Origin: Candidatus Hydrothermales bacterium
GTDB lineage: Bacteria; Hydrothermota; Hydrothermia; Hydrothermales; JAJRUZ01
Direction of reading: 5' to 3'
NCBI GenBank assembly: GCA_039630575.1
Contig: JBCNUW010000002.1
Location: forward strand, 32,001-96,000
DNA length: 64,000 bases
This document shows positions 20,886 to 32,600 of the stretch, piece by piece. How positions within the stretch are numbered: the first letter of the stretch is position 1; each line of letters opens with the position of its first letter. The position numbers and the translations under genes are program-made. Below the pieces are notes generated by a model that was not told where the DNA came from, did not search any database, and saw nothing but the letters and a program-made list of their open reading frames with translations.

Positions 20886-22881
20886 ATTTAAACTAATAAC
20901 TGATTTAGTTCCAAGAGGTGACCAACCTAAGGCTATTAGAGAGTTATTAGAGGGCCTTAATAGTGGTTTAAGACATCAAGTTCTTCTTGGTGTAACAGGA
21001 AGTGGAAAAACCTTTACAATAGCTAATGTGATAAAAGAGTGGAGAAGACCTACCTTAATAATTTCACATAATAAAACTTTAGCAGCTCAGCTGTATGGAG
21101 AATTAAAACAACTTTTTCCTCACAATGCTGTTGAATACTTTATTTCCTATTATGATTATTATCAGCCTGAAGCGTATATTCCTGAGACAGACACATACAT
21201 TGAAAAAGATGCTTCAATAAACGAAGATATAGAAAGATTAAGATTAAGAGCAACATCCTCACTCCTTGAAAGGGATGATGTTATTGTGGTAGCTTCAGTT
21301 TCATGCATATATGGACTTGGAAATCCTGAGGAGGTTAAAAAACTTTATCTTATTTTAGAAAAAGGACAAAACATAGAAAGAGATGTTATCTTGAGGAGGT
21401 TAATAGATCTTTATTACACAAGAAATGATTTTGAACTTGCAAGCGGAAGATTCAGAGTAAAGGGTGATGTTATTGAGCTTATTCCAGCGTATGAGAACTA
21501 TTTGGTAAGAATCGAACTCTTTGACGATTTTATTGAAAAGATAGAGTTAAAGGACAAAGTATCAGGAGCAACACTTCAGAGGAAAAATAGAATTGCAATT
21601 TATCCTGCCTCTCATTATGTAACAACAAGAGTTACTTTAGAAAATGCCTTATTTTCAATTGAAAAAGAACTTGAGGAAAGGCTAAAAGAATTAAGAGAAC
21701 AAGGTAAATTGTTAGAGGCACAGAGGCTCGAGCAGCGAACAAGATTCGACATTGAAATGTTAAGAGAAATAGGCTATTGTCCAGGAATAGAAAATTACTC
21801 AAGACACCTTGATGGTAGGAAGCCTGGAGAAAGACCTAAATGTCTCATTGACTATTTTCCCCCAGAATTTTTGTGTATAATAGATGAAAGTCATGTAACA
21901 ATACCCCAGTTAAAGGCAATGTATAGAGGAGACAGATCAAGAAAAGAGGTGCTTGTAGAGCATGGTTTTAGACTTCCATCAGCATTGGATAACAGACCAC
22001 TTCAGTTTGAAGAATTTGAAGCTCTTCTTGATAGAGTTATATACATGTCAGCAACTCCTTCTGATTATGAAATTGAAAAATCAAAAGGAAGGGTGGTTGA
22101 AATGATTGTGAGACCAACGGGTTTAGTTGACCCTGAAATTGTAGTAAAACCAACGAGGAAACAAGTTGACGATCTTATGGAGGAGATTAGAAAAACAAAG
22201 GAAAGGGAGGAAAGGGTTTTAGTGACAACGCTTACGAAGCGTATGGCTGAAGACCTTGCTGAGTATCTTTCTTTAGCTGGATTTAGAGTCAAATATCTTC
22301 ATTCAGAGATTGATCCAATAGATAGGGTAGAAATTTTGAGAGATTTAAGACTTGGAAAATTTGATTGCCTTGTTGGTGTAAATCTTTTGAGAGAAGGACT
22401 TGACTTGCCTGAGGTTTCTCTTGTTGCAATTTTAGATGCCGATAAAACTGGCTTTTTAAGAAGTGAAACCGCATTAATTCAGACAGCAGGAAGAGCAGCA
22501 AGAAACAAAGCTGGTAAGGTAATACTATATGCTGATGAGATAACTGAAGCCATGAAAAGAGCTATCTCAGAAACAGAAAGGAGAAGAAAAATACAGATTG
22601 AATATAATGAAAAACACGGGATAATACCAGAAACTATAAAGAAAACAAAAGAACAAATTTTGATGACAACTATTGTTGCAGATGAAAAAGTTGAGGTAAA
22701 AGAAGAGTATGAAAATGTTGAAAGGGAAATTGAAGTTTTAAAAGCAAGTTTTGATAGAATAACACTTATTGAGGAATTAGAAAGAAGAATGAGGGAAGCT
22801 GCTGATCTTTTTGAATTTGAAAAAGCTGCAAAGTACAGAGATGCTTTGTTTGAACTAAGAAAAAAAGATTTATCAGGTTAA
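20878..22881 (+). CDS. uvrB: Excinuclease ABC subunit B
   Basis: [39 protein letters not shown]-terminal UVR motif. Confidence 0.97.
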   Translation: MPEFKLITDLVPRGDQPKAIRELLEGLNSGLRHQVLLGVTGSGKTFTIANVIKEWRRPTLIISHNKTLAAQLYGELKQLFPHNAVEYFISYYDYYQPEAYIPETDTYIEKDASINEDIERLRLRATSSLLERDDVIVVASVSCIYGLGNPEEVKKLYLILEKGQNIERDVILRRLIDLYYTRNDFELASGRFRVKGDVIELIPAYENYLVRIELFDDFIEKIELKDKVSGATLQRKNRIAIYPASHYVTTRVTLENALFSIEKELEERLKELREQGKLLEAQRLEQRTRFDIEMLREIGYCPGIENYSRHLDGRKPGERPKCLIDYFPPEFLCIIDESHVTIPQLKAMYRGDRSRKEVLVEHGFRLPSALDNRPLQFEEFEALLDRVIYMSATPSDYEIEKSKGRVVEMIVRPTGLVDPEIVVKPTRKQVDDLMEEIRKTKEREERVLVTTLTKRMAEDLAEYLSLAGFRVKYLHSEIDPIDRVEILRDLRLGKFDCLVGVNLLREGLDLPEVSLVAILDADKTGFLRSETALIQTAGRAARNKAGKVILYADEITEAMKRAISETERRRKIQIEYNEKHGIIPETIKKTKEQILMTTIVADEKVEVKEEYENVEREIEVLKASFDRITLIEELERRMREAADLFEFEKAAKYRDALFELRKKDLSG

Positions 22882-23874
22882 TTTAAACTTATAGAGATCT
22901 TTTTCTCTAACATAAAAAATAACATTTTTATGTTCAGGCTTTTTATTAGATATAATCTTTATTTCATCTTTTTTAAAATTTAAATTTATTTTATCAAAAA
23001 CAATATCAACAAGTTCACATCTTAAAAGATAGTATTCACCTAAAAAGTCGTAGCTATTTACTCTTACGTAGAATTCATAGTTTTTACCTTCTAATTTTGT
23101 AAAAGAGAATTTCTCCGGTCTAACACAAAGAATATAATTTTCTGATTCAATTTTATTAATTCCGTGAGATCCAAAAAAGTTAGCAACAAAAAAATTTTGT
23201 GGATTTTCATAAATTTCTTCTTGTGTTCCGATTTGCATTATTTCTCCTTTGTTTAATATGCATATTCTGTCAGCAAGTGTCATTGCTTCAATCTGATCAT
23301 GTGTTACATAAATAGTAGTAATATTCAAATTTTTTTGGAAATTTTTAAGTTCAAACCTCATTTCAGTTCTAAGTTTTGCATCAAGGTTGGAAAGAGGTTC
23401 ATCCATAAGAAAAATTTTAGGATTTCTTACAAGTGATCTTGCCAATGCCACTCTCTGTTGCTGTCCACCTGAAAGTTCTGACGGTTTTTTTGATAGAATA
23501 TCCTCTATTTTTAAAAGCTCAGCAACCCATTTTAGCCTTCTTTTTTGCTCTTCTTGTTTCATTTTTCTTATCACCAACGGAAAAAGAATATTCTCTGATA
23601 CTGTCATATGAGGATAAAGGGCATAATTTTGAAAAACCATTGCTACATCCCTCTTAGCAGGATCTAAATTTGTTATGTCTATATCTTCAAGAATTACTTT
23701 ACCTTTATCTGGCTTTAAAATTCCTGCAATAATCTTTAACAGTGATGTCTTTCCACATCCAGATGGTCCTAAAATAACAAAAAATTCACCTTTTTTTACT
23801 TTTAAATTAATATTTTTTAGTATCTCCTCTTTTCTAAATTTTTTAGAAATATCTATGAGTTCAAGATAGTTCAC
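22873..23874 (-). CDS. Sugar ABC transporter ATP-binding protein (MalK/MsmX-like)
   Basis: [39 protein letters not shown] and VTHDQ motifs. Confidence 0.9.
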   Translation of the reverse strand: MNYLELIDISKKFRKEEILKNINLKVKKGEFFVILGPSGCGKTSLLKIIAGILKPDKGKVILEDIDITNLDPAKRDVAMVFQNYALYPHMTVSENILFPLVIRKMKQEEQKRRLKWVAELLKIEDILSKKPSELSGGQQQRVALARSLVRNPKIFLMDEPLSNLDAKLRTEMRFELKNFQKNLNITTIYVTHDQIEAMTLADRICILNKGEIMQIGTQEEIYENPQNFFVANFFGSHGINKIESENYILCVRPEKFSFTKLEGKNYEFYVRVNSYDFLGEYYLLRCELVDIVFDKINLNFKKDEIKIISNKKPEHKNVIFYVREKDLYKFKLT

Positions 23875-23876
23875 TT

Positions 23877-24860
23877 CTAATCAATTTTAATCACCTTTTT
23901 TGTAGAAGGCTTTATGTACACTCCTTTTTTATTCATTTTTAAATTTTTTCTTCCAGTTGCATCGTAAAAAGTTTTATCAATTTCTCTTTTTTTAATTACT
24001 AACTTAATCTTTTCATTTACATCCACGTAGAGTTTAGTTCTTTTAATAGGATTTGTTAAAGTAACAGGATTATTAGGGGAGTAACTAGAGAGTTCAGAAG
24101 CTTGTAAACTTGACTTTATGAAAGCAAGGTCATATAAATCAGGGTCAGCCCAGTTTGAAATTCCACCTCCACCAACATACCTAGCTGCAACTGTATCAAC
24201 CTCTCTAAAAATTCCAAAATCTTCTAATCCCATACCAAAGCATATCCAATAATCGTTATGATAAAGTTTAAGACTATCAATCTTTAAAGCTGCTTCATAA
24301 ACATTATTTTGACAAGCAAATTGATGTCCTGTGTTGATATCAGAGTAATTATAGTCTAAAAGTCTGGCATTATACATAGAGAAAACACCTGAGAATTCCC
24401 ATTCTCCTAATATCCTTACATCTGAGAACTGAGGTGCAAATTTTGAATTCTGTAAAGTATTTGATGTGTCTATAGTAAAATAAGCAATAAAGGAAGGCCA
24501 GTCCTCATTACCACCAAAGGTATCACCTACTATTATTAGAAAATAAAGAAAGGTATCAGTACTTGTTGCTCCTTCCGTAAATCTTAACTCTAAAAGGTCA
24601 GCTTCCTTTCCTTTAAATCGCGGAAAACCAGAAAAGGAATCTGTGGGGTAAGTATAATCTCCATCTCCTATATCATCGTTAATTTCATCAATCCAAATGG
24701 CTTCATTTTTATCATAAATGTAACCCGGATGCTCAATGTAAAAGAAGGTGTCTCTTTGTGTAATACCATGAAACATCCAATCAGAGAAGTCACCATCAAT
24801 ACTAATAATATGACCTCTTAAGATCAAAAAAGACAATGTAAATATAATTATCTTTCTCAT
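23877..24860 (-). CDS. Exported glucodextranase/DOMON-like domain protein with short T9SS-like tail
   Basis: IDGDFSDW; D..DD.GDG.YTYPT; DL.E.R; tail FYDATGRK..KGVY..KKVIKID. Confidence 0.6.
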   Translation of the reverse strand: MRKIIIFTLSFLILRGHIISIDGDFSDWMFHGITQRDTFFYIEHPGYIYDKNEAIWIDEINDDIGDGDYTYPTDSFSGFPRFKGKEADLLELRFTEGATSTDTFLYFLIIVGDTFGGNEDWPSFIAYFTIDTSNTLQNSKFAPQFSDVRILGEWEFSGVFSMYNARLLDYNYSDINTGHQFACQNNVYEAALKIDSLKLYHNDYWICFGMGLEDFGIFREVDTVAARYVGGGGISNWADPDLYDLAFIKSSLQASELSSYSPNNPVTLTNPIKRTKLYVDVNEKIKLVIKKREIDKTFYDATGRKNLKMNKKGVYIKPSTKKVIKID

Positions 24861-24916
24861 ATATAAATTTTAAATTAAAATTATGAAAAAATTAAAATTG
24901 AAAGAAAATTTTGAAA

Positions 24917-25849
24917 CTATTGTTTTACTATCTCGACTCTCCTATTAATTCTCCTTCCTTCTTCAGTTTCATTAGATGTAACAGGGCAAAGTGGACCAAC
25001 ACCAAAAGCTTTCAATCTTTCTTTTGAAATACCGTACTTTTCAACTAGCTCTTTTAAGACATTTTCTGCTCTTCGCTTCGATAAATCTATATTGTAATCT
25101 AACTTGCCAATGTTATCGGTATGCCCAACTATAAAAACTTTAATGTTAGGATTTTCTCTTAAAAATTTTGCTATTTCTTTTAAAGTAGGCTCTGATTCAG
25201 GTTTTATATCAGCTTTATCAAAATCAAAATAAATTCCATATATTGCAACATGTCCTTTTTCTTCTATTTCTCTTTTTAGTTCTTCCGCTCTAATAAGACC
25301 AATCTCCATCTCTTTTTTTTCTACAATACCTAAAAACACTAAGGGGTTATAATCCCAACCCTCAAGTACAGTTAAAGAAACTCCTATATTTTTTCTTTTT
25401 GCTGATAAATGGAAAAACTTATCAGGTTTATTCTCTGTTTGATAAATATTACGGAATATTTTATTGTATTTTGACAGAAACTCTCTTATACCTTTTATTT
25501 TCTCTCCTTCACCTTTATATATTATATCAAAACCTACTTTTTTTAGGGCATGCTCATAATTTTTAAAAACTTCATAAGTAGTTCTTTCCTTTGGACAGTA
25601 ATATAAAATAAAGGTAACCTTACCCTCTATAACTTCCTTCTTTGCAACTTCAACATCTTCAGGTGAAATAGAAGTAATAGGACCAGAAAGAAGATATAAT
25701 TTTTCAAAAGTTTTTACTTCATAATGAACAATTCTTGATCCTGGAAATCTTGAAATAAGTGGATGATCTTTGCTTCCAGGAACATCTCTCTCTTGAGCAA
25801 AAGTAGAAAGATTCATAAAGAATAAAATTAAAATGATTTTAACTTTCAT
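24917..25849 (-). CDS. OmpA-like peptidoglycan-binding protein with DUF4892-like N-terminal domain
   Basis: DVPGSKDHPLISRFPGS; IYFDFDKA, GHTD, LS.RRA, NRRVE. Confidence 0.88.
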   Translation of the reverse strand: MKVKIILILFFMNLSTFAQERDVPGSKDHPLISRFPGSRIVHYEVKTFEKLYLLSGPITSISPEDVEVAKKEVIEGKVTFILYYCPKERTTYEVFKNYEHALKKVGFDIIYKGEGEKIKGIREFLSKYNKIFRNIYQTENKPDKFFHLSAKRKNIGVSLTVLEGWDYNPLVFLGIVEKKEMEIGLIRAEELKREIEEKGHVAIYGIYFDFDKADIKPESEPTLKEIAKFLRENPNIKVFIVGHTDNIGKLDYNIDLSKRRAENVLKELVEKYGISKERLKAFGVGPLCPVTSNETEEGRRINRRVEIVKQ

Positions 25850-25853
25850 ATTA

Positions 25854-27254
25854 TCACTTTATTTTTATAATAATCCTATCTTTTTCTTTTTTCAAGGTAC
25901 CGTAAATTTCCTTTATTTCGATCAAGTTTAAAATTGGGAATATTTTCTTTTCTAAAACAAGTTCGTCTTTAATTATGTTTTTTAAATAATTCTCTAAAAA
26001 CCTTATAAAAATTACCCCATCAAAATATAAAAAAAGATTTTCAATATTTGGAAAACCCTTTTTTGTTAATTGACCATTAATAACTGAAATTTGCTCTTTT
26101 AAAATTTCTGATGAAGAGGACAAATAAAAATCATCTCTGTGTATAAAATATCCGATAAACTCTTCAGCATTTCTGTTTACAAAAAATCTGTAATCGATAT
26201 TTCCGAGTTTTCCTTCTTTTTTAGTTAACCCTCCCTTTGAGATATCCAAAATAAGAAAACTAAAAGATTTTTCAGTTTCGTTCTCTTTACCTAACTTAAT
26301 TAAAAATAGCGGAGAGTAATAATCACTAAAATAATTAAAGCCTTTAAAAGAAAAAGTTAAATGATTACCTAAATTTTTGAAAAAGTAAAGTTTCTTTTCA
26401 AAAAACTTCGCAATACTCTCATTTTTCATTTCTTTTATAAATCTTTCAATCTCATCTTTCAATCTCAAATTTTTAAAAGATAGATAAACAATATAATCCG
26501 GTGGTAATTCGGTGTTTTTTAAATCAGGTTCTATTTTCATTAAAATATTTCCTAATAAACAGGAGGGCTTTTCGATTAAAAGCGTTAGCCCCTCAATTTC
26601 TGTGTAATAAAAAATAAACTTTTCTGATTTAAAAAATAAACCATCTTTAACATAGGCTCCATAAACTATAGAATTCTTAGGAAAATTTTTCTTGTAGAAT
26701 CTTTTGTATCTTAATTTTTTACCTTTTAAATGATCAATAGTTTGTTTCAATAAATCCTCGTTGTTAGAAATCACTATGTATTTTTCAATAAAAAATAAAA
26801 CTATATCTTTCCATAAAAATGTGTAAGGAACTTTATTATACTCTTTACTAAATTTCATTAAATTAAAAATCAAGTTTATGAAAAAACTTTGAGGTTCTAA
26901 AATCACGAGGTATCCCTCATCAAAAAATCCTATTCCAATTCTTTTAAACAGTTTTGTTAAATCTGCTTTATTTATTTCATCCCTTATTTTTTTAGAAACA
27001 CCGAGATAAAATAAAAGGTCATCAAATATTTCTCTTTTCTTCATAGAATCAATTAAACCGTTTCTATTTAAGGTCTTAAAAATCTCTTCTAAATTGTCAA
27101 AGACAACATAAAGATTTATACCTTTTGGGAAAATATCTACAATTTCTTCTATCTTCCAAGCAGAAGATGGCAATCTTCTGTAGAACAACAAAATAAAAAG
27201 GAAAATTAAAATAAAAAGGAAAGTTGGAACCAAAAAATAAAAAATTTTTTTCAT
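25854..27254 (-). CDS. Membrane-anchored hypothetical protein of the alpha-2-macroglobulin operon (possibly YfaA/DUF2138-like)
   Basis: 466 aa, single N-terminal TM helix, stop/start overlap with the SpoIID gene; family call from context only. Confidence 0.55.
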   Translation of the reverse strand: MKKIFYFLVPTFLFILIFLFILLFYRRLPSSAWKIEEIVDIFPKGINLYVVFDNLEEIFKTLNRNGLIDSMKKREIFDDLLFYLGVSKKIRDEINKADLTKLFKRIGIGFFDEGYLVILEPQSFFINLIFNLMKFSKEYNKVPYTFLWKDIVLFFIEKYIVISNNEDLLKQTIDHLKGKKLRYKRFYKKNFPKNSIVYGAYVKDGLFFKSEKFIFYYTEIEGLTLLIEKPSCLLGNILMKIEPDLKNTELPPDYIVYLSFKNLRLKDEIERFIKEMKNESIAKFFEKKLYFFKNLGNHLTFSFKGFNYFSDYYSPLFLIKLGKENETEKSFSFLILDISKGGLTKKEGKLGNIDYRFFVNRNAEEFIGYFIHRDDFYLSSSSEILKEQISVINGQLTKKGFPNIENLFLYFDGVIFIRFLENYLKNIIKDELVLEKKIFPILNLIEIKEIYGTLKKEKDRIIIKIK

Positions 27255-28771
27255 AATTCTCTCCTTTTGTTTATTAAATTTTTTAAACTTTTATATTTTT
27301 TTAAACTATCAAGAACAATTCTTTTATATTTTTCAATTAACTCTACTTCTTTTTTAAAACTTTTTAAATTTTTAAAACTTTCATTTTCTAATCTGTATGG
27401 TGAAAGAAAATAAATTATTCCTTCCTCAATTTCTCCTTTTAAGTTATATTTCGATAGAGCTATATGAAGAAACTCATGAACTAAAACTTCCTCAATAATT
27501 GAGTACTTTAAAAGTAAACTAAAAGGAGCAACAATAATTGTATCATCCTTTATATATCCTGCATAAAAAGGTTTAATCTTCGTTTTTTCAGTAAAATCAA
27601 AATAATTTAAAGCCTCTTTAATTACAAAAAAATCTCTAAACTCTATACCGTTTTCTTCACATATTTTTTTAAACTTATAATAAGCATTTCTTATAAAAGG
27701 CAAATAATTTTTAATATTGGAAGAGAGAACAACAAAATTTTTATCTTTATACACCTCATACTCAAACTTTAATTTCTCTATTTTAATATCTTTGAAATAA
27801 AAATTTATTATATCTGTATACTTAAAGCCCCTAAGAGCCATAGACTTTGCACCCTCCTGACACATCCCAAGACCATGTCCAAGTCCTTTACCCTCAAAAA
27901 TGTAATAATTTTTTTCTTCCTTTAAATCAAAAAAATTTGACTTTAATGTATTCCATCCGTATTTTCTTGAGATTATGTTTCTAAAATCCCAACCCATTAC
28001 CACTTTTCCATTAACATAAACATTCTTAACTCTTCCACTTTCTCCTCTCTCAATTATCTTTATATCTCCAATTTTACTTTTGTCTAGTCTGTACTTCCAG
28101 AAAGCGTGTTTACTTTTTTTACAAAAAGTATCAACATTTTGCCTTATATAAAAAATATCATTATTAAATATTTCTATAGGAGAAGAGGTAATACCACCAC
28201 AACAAGCAGAATAAAAGGGTTCAATCAATCTCCCTTTATAAGTTAAAACCTCACCGTCTGTTTCTGATACTGCCTTTTTAGATAAATATGATTCATCCAT
28301 AACACCCATATAAACTTGACAATTAGTTAAATCACAAAAATCGTAATCATAACCTTTGTGTCTACTATTATATAGAGCAAGAGTTCTTGATAAAACAGCT
28401 TGTGCTTTTAGAGCTTCAAATATAGAATTACCTATTTCTGCAACGATAACTGATGAGAGATAGTCTCTTAAATTTACATGGTTTATTAAAAATAATTCAT
28501 AATTTTTGTTATATATTCTTATTTTTCCTTTGTATTTTCTTTGGAAATTTTTATTTTTTATTAAAATTGGATTATGGGAACCAATAAAAAATTCCTTCTG
28601 TTTAGTTCCGTTCACAATTATACTATCTTTTTTGTAGATTTTAACAAAATATCTTTTTTCATCTGATATTATATAAATTTCCTTTAAACTGTATTTCGAT
28701 AAAATTCTAACTGAAATTTCTTTCGAGAGATCAAAAGGTATCAAAAATAAAAATATTAATATGTTATTCAA
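27251..28771 (-). CDS. SpoIID/LytB domain protein (start reassigned to TTG 28771)
   Basis: YL..V..AE, EALKAQAV.SRT, DFCD.T.CQVY, CGG, G.GHG.GMCQ.GA; C-terminal HEFLH zincin-like motif. Confidence 0.85.
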   Translation of the reverse strand: MNNILIFLFLIPFDLSKEISVRILSKYSLKEIYIISDEKRYFVKIYKKDSIIVNGTKQKEFFIGSHNPILIKNKNFQRKYKGKIRIYNKNYELFLINHVNLRDYLSSVIVAEIGNSIFEALKAQAVLSRTLALYNSRHKGYDYDFCDLTNCQVYMGVMDESYLSKKAVSETDGEVLTYKGRLIEPFYSACCGGITSSPIEIFNNDIFYIRQNVDTFCKKSKHAFWKYRLDKSKIGDIKIIERGESGRVKNVYVNGKVVMGWDFRNIISRKYGWNTLKSNFFDLKEEKNYYIFEGKGLGHGLGMCQEGAKSMALRGFKYTDIINFYFKDIKIEKLKFEYEVYKDKNFVVLSSNIKNYLPFIRNAYYKFKKICEENGIEFRDFFVIKEALNYFDFTEKTKIKPFYAGYIKDDTIIVAPFSLLLKYSIIEEVLVHEFLHIALSKYNLKGEIEEGIIYFLSPYRLENESFKNLKSFKKEVELIEKYKRIVLDSLKKYKSLKNLINKRREL

Positions 28772-29660
28772 GGCACTCCAATATTCTCTTAGCAAGCGGA
28801 GCCGCATCTTTTGAACCTTGACCAATTTTTAAAAAAACTATTATTCCTATTCTTGGGTCATAGTATGGATAGTATCCAGCAAATATCGCATGAGTTCTCC
28901 ATCCATTTATATGTTTTGGTGTTCCTGTTTTACCCGCTGTCCTATCTTTATAGTTTGCCAAAATTCCTGTTCCTTCTTTACATACACTCCTTAAACTTTC
29001 TTTTAAAATCTTTAAAGAATTATAAATTCCCAAGGGATAAACCAAGTTATTCTTTTCTTTTATCCATAAGGGCACAAAAAAGCCATTCCTTGAGATTGAG
29101 ACAAGGAAAGAGAGCATTGAGGAGAGTGTCATTTTGATATATCCATTTTCTCCAAGTGCAAAGTCTATTAAATTTTTTTTCTTTAGGGGTATTTTTATTT
29201 CATTTAAAATTTCGCCCCCTATACAAGATGTTGAAAGATCATCGAGTTTTAAAATTTTGAAATATTTTATAAAAAGATAGGGATCTATTAAAAGTGAAGC
29301 CTTTGCAAAGAATATATTGCATGAATTTTTTAAGGCATCTTTTATATTTTGTTTTCCGTGCCCATTTTTAATCCAGCATTTAACTTTTATTTTATCATTA
29401 TCAATTTCTAAAATTTCTTCACCTTTGCAATCTACATAAAAATTTTCATCAATTATGTTTTCTTCAATTAGAACTATTGTTGTAAAAATCTTAAAAAATG
29501 AACCAGGTGGTAAAAGTGTTGAAAAGCACAACTTTCTGTTATGATAATCGATTATATTTCCAGATTTTATATCAACAATTATAAAAGCACCTTTATCGCC
29601 AATCTCTTTTTTTATTCTTTCAATATTTAAAAAAATTAAAATTAAAAAAACTTTATTCAC
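28764..29660 (-). CDS. Penicillin-binding protein, transpeptidase domain only
   Basis: SxxK (GSFFK), SxN (SCN) and KTG (GKTGT) in 298 aa; no dimerisation or glycosyltransferase domain. Confidence 0.85.
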   Translation of the reverse strand: MNKVFLILIFLNIERIKKEIGDKGAFIIVDIKSGNIIDYHNRKLCFSTLLPPGSFFKIFTTIVLIEENIIDENFYVDCKGEEILEIDNDKIKVKCWIKNGHGKQNIKDALKNSCNIFFAKASLLIDPYLFIKYFKILKLDDLSTSCIGGEILNEIKIPLKKKNLIDFALGENGYIKMTLSSMLSFLVSISRNGFFVPLWIKEKNNLVYPLGIYNSLKILKESLRSVCKEGTGILANYKDRTAGKTGTPKHINGWRTHAIFAGYYPYYDPRIGIIVFLKIGQGSKDAAPLAKRILECLE

Positions 29661-32600
29661 TTATTTTAATTACATATTCATCTGAATGGGCAAATATATC
29701 AGGGAAGTACATTAAACTTCCTTTTGCAGGCATTACATGAAACCTTCCCGGTAAATAAGTTCTTAAAATATAAGAGAATTCATAAGTTCCAGGATAAAGT
29801 CTTGTCCTGAAAAAGGCAATCCTATCATCATGAATTTCTTCTCCTATCCAGTCCCAATCCCATCCATCGTAATCATAGTAATAATCACCACGATATTTAC
29901 TTTCTCCTTCTATATAAAATCTTTCTCTTTCCTTTTCAACCTCGCAGCCAGCTGGAAGCGGATCTTCAAGCATGAAGTATTCCATTTCACTGTTACATTG
30001 AACTTTTATCTTCACAAAAAGATATTCTCCCTTTTTTGTGTATCCATAAAATGGTATCTTTTTATATATAATTTTATTTCCTTCTCTTATAGGCTGAAGT
30101 CTCCATATCTCCTTCAAAACTTTAAATTCTGCTCCACCAGCTTTTATATTTTCTTCAGTTGAATAATATTTCACAAAGAAAGAATAAAGAATTTCACCTT
30201 TTCCGGATTTTTCAAAAACTATCTTATTTTTTCCTTTACTTAAAATATCTGTAGGAATAATTTTAGGTGAATTATATTCATTTATATTTTCTCTTTTTAT
30301 AGTATAATTACCGAAATTTCTATCATTTATCTTTAAATTTAAAGAAAGGTCAAAATCAAATAATCCTCTTTTTTCCATATACTCTCCAAGAGAAATTATC
30401 GTTGAAGATGTTGTTATTGTTGAATGCCACATTGCTCCTTTCCTTTTATTTAAAAGATAAAAAGAAAGCCTTGTACAAAATTCATCGTTTGGAATATAAT
30501 AGAGGCTTGACAAGAGAGCTTTAGAAGTCACAAAAAGAGGATCAGCGTAGATTGTTCCATGGTTTGATTTTAAAAACATATCTTGAAAATAAGAAACTCC
30601 ATTAACATTTATTGCCATTTCTTTTAATTTTGAAAAATAAATCTCACCCTGTTTTTTATCCTGTGAAAGAATTAAAGAAATAAGTGAAATAATATATGGG
30701 CTTTCAATCTTTCCAACTAAATACTTCTCTATATCCTCCTTTTTAATCCTTTCATAAAAAGATAATGAATAAAGTAAAAAGGCCTTATCGTAATCCGATA
30801 AGTTTTCTTGTTCTAGAAATTCTTTTAATTTTTTTACTCCTTTCTGTATTACCTCATCATTAACCCTATATCCTGTTCTTTTTAAAAGACCGAGTCCATA
30901 TAAAACATAGGCAGTATTAAAAGGATGTGATTCGTCGTTTTCCCACCATCCCCATCCACCATCGGCGTGCTGGAAAGTATAAAGTCTCTGGAGTCCTTTC
31001 TCAATCATTTTTGGTAGTTCTTTCGTAAATAAAGGATCTTTTACACCTGCTTTCTCTATAATATCTTTAACAGCTACATTTGGTAAAAATTTGCTCATCG
31101 TCTGCTCAACGCATCCATAGGGATAACCAATTAATTCCTTTAATGAAGAAAAAACTGCATTTTGGTATGAGGGAGAAATATAAAGAGCAGAGGAAAAATT
31201 TTCAATATCTTCTGGTATCTCAAATTCAATTTCACTTTTGTCATTTTTAAGGATATTTGAGATTGATAAAATTTTTTCCATTCCGTGTGGTAAAATAGGA
31301 ATTTTAAGATTTAGGGCATCATAAGAATTTTTTCCTTTTGCGATAAGCGTAAAATCTGCAATTCCTGGTTTTGCTGCATAAACTTTAAAATTAGTAGATT
31401 TTAAACCTCCAGGTAAAACCTCACCCACACTTACATCCTCTTTCCCAAGAAGTTCAACACCCCTTGCATCAATTTGAAAATTAATATAATCTTTTTTATC
31501 CTGATAATTGTGGACTATTCCCTTTATTTCCACAGTGTCTCTTTCTCTTAAAAATCTTGGCAAAATAAGCCTTGCGAGTAAATCCTTTGAAACAATAAAC
31601 TTATGTTCCTCTTCACCGAATTTATCTTTAACTTTTGCTTTCACTCTTATTCTCCATGTAGTTAAATTGTCAGGAAGTTTTATTTCAAACTCTGCTTCAC
31701 CATTTTTGTCTGTACTTCTTCGTAAAACACAAAAGGCTAAATCTTTAAATTCCTTTCTTATCATCATTTCTTCACCTATACCCTTCATTGCAAATCTGGG
31801 ATAGGTTTCCAAGTCCTTTTTTGCTAAATGGTAAAGAAAATCTTTTTTTCTAACTCCCTCTTCCTCAAATAGGTAACCTACTTCCCAAAAATTCCAAGAT
31901 GATGAAGAATTACAGGAACTATAAATTCCTTTCTGTGGGTAGAAAAAAAAGAAGATGTCCTCTTCAAGGGGTCTCTGGAGAGAAAAAAGAGCCTCATCAA
32001 CTATGAAAATTGAAATCTCTGACTCTTGTGGCTTTCCTTTATAATCGTTAACCTTTACTTTAATCTTTGCTTTTTCCTGCGGTAAATACCTTTTCTTTTC
32101 GAGCTCAAAAGTTATATTTAATCTCTTACTTTCAGAATTTACTTTGATTTCCTTTTTTGCTTCATAAAAATTTAATTTTCTGTTTCCTGAAATACTTATA
32201 TGGAAGTTTGGGATGTGAATTTCTTTGATTTTAAACTCAATAATTCCAGTATTCTTTTCAATCCTTACAACTCCAACTTTTTCAATTCCGTAATTTTCAA
32301 TTGTATAAAATAAGTATCCTCTTTCAAAGGGTGAAAAGATAATTGCCTTTAATCTTTCACCAGGTATGTACTCTTTTTTCTCAGTTATAATCTCAATTCT
32401 ATTCTCTTCATATTCAAAAGTGTATCCTTCTTCATAGACATAAACATTAGCATGACTAGATAATAAAAATTCCTTTTCATCTTTAAATTCCATGGCTATT
32501 TTAAACCAACCTGCTTTAACTGCTTTTACCTTTAGAATTCCTTTTCCTTCTTTAATTTTTATGTCATACTCTTTTTCAAAAATTTTAATTTTTACATTCC

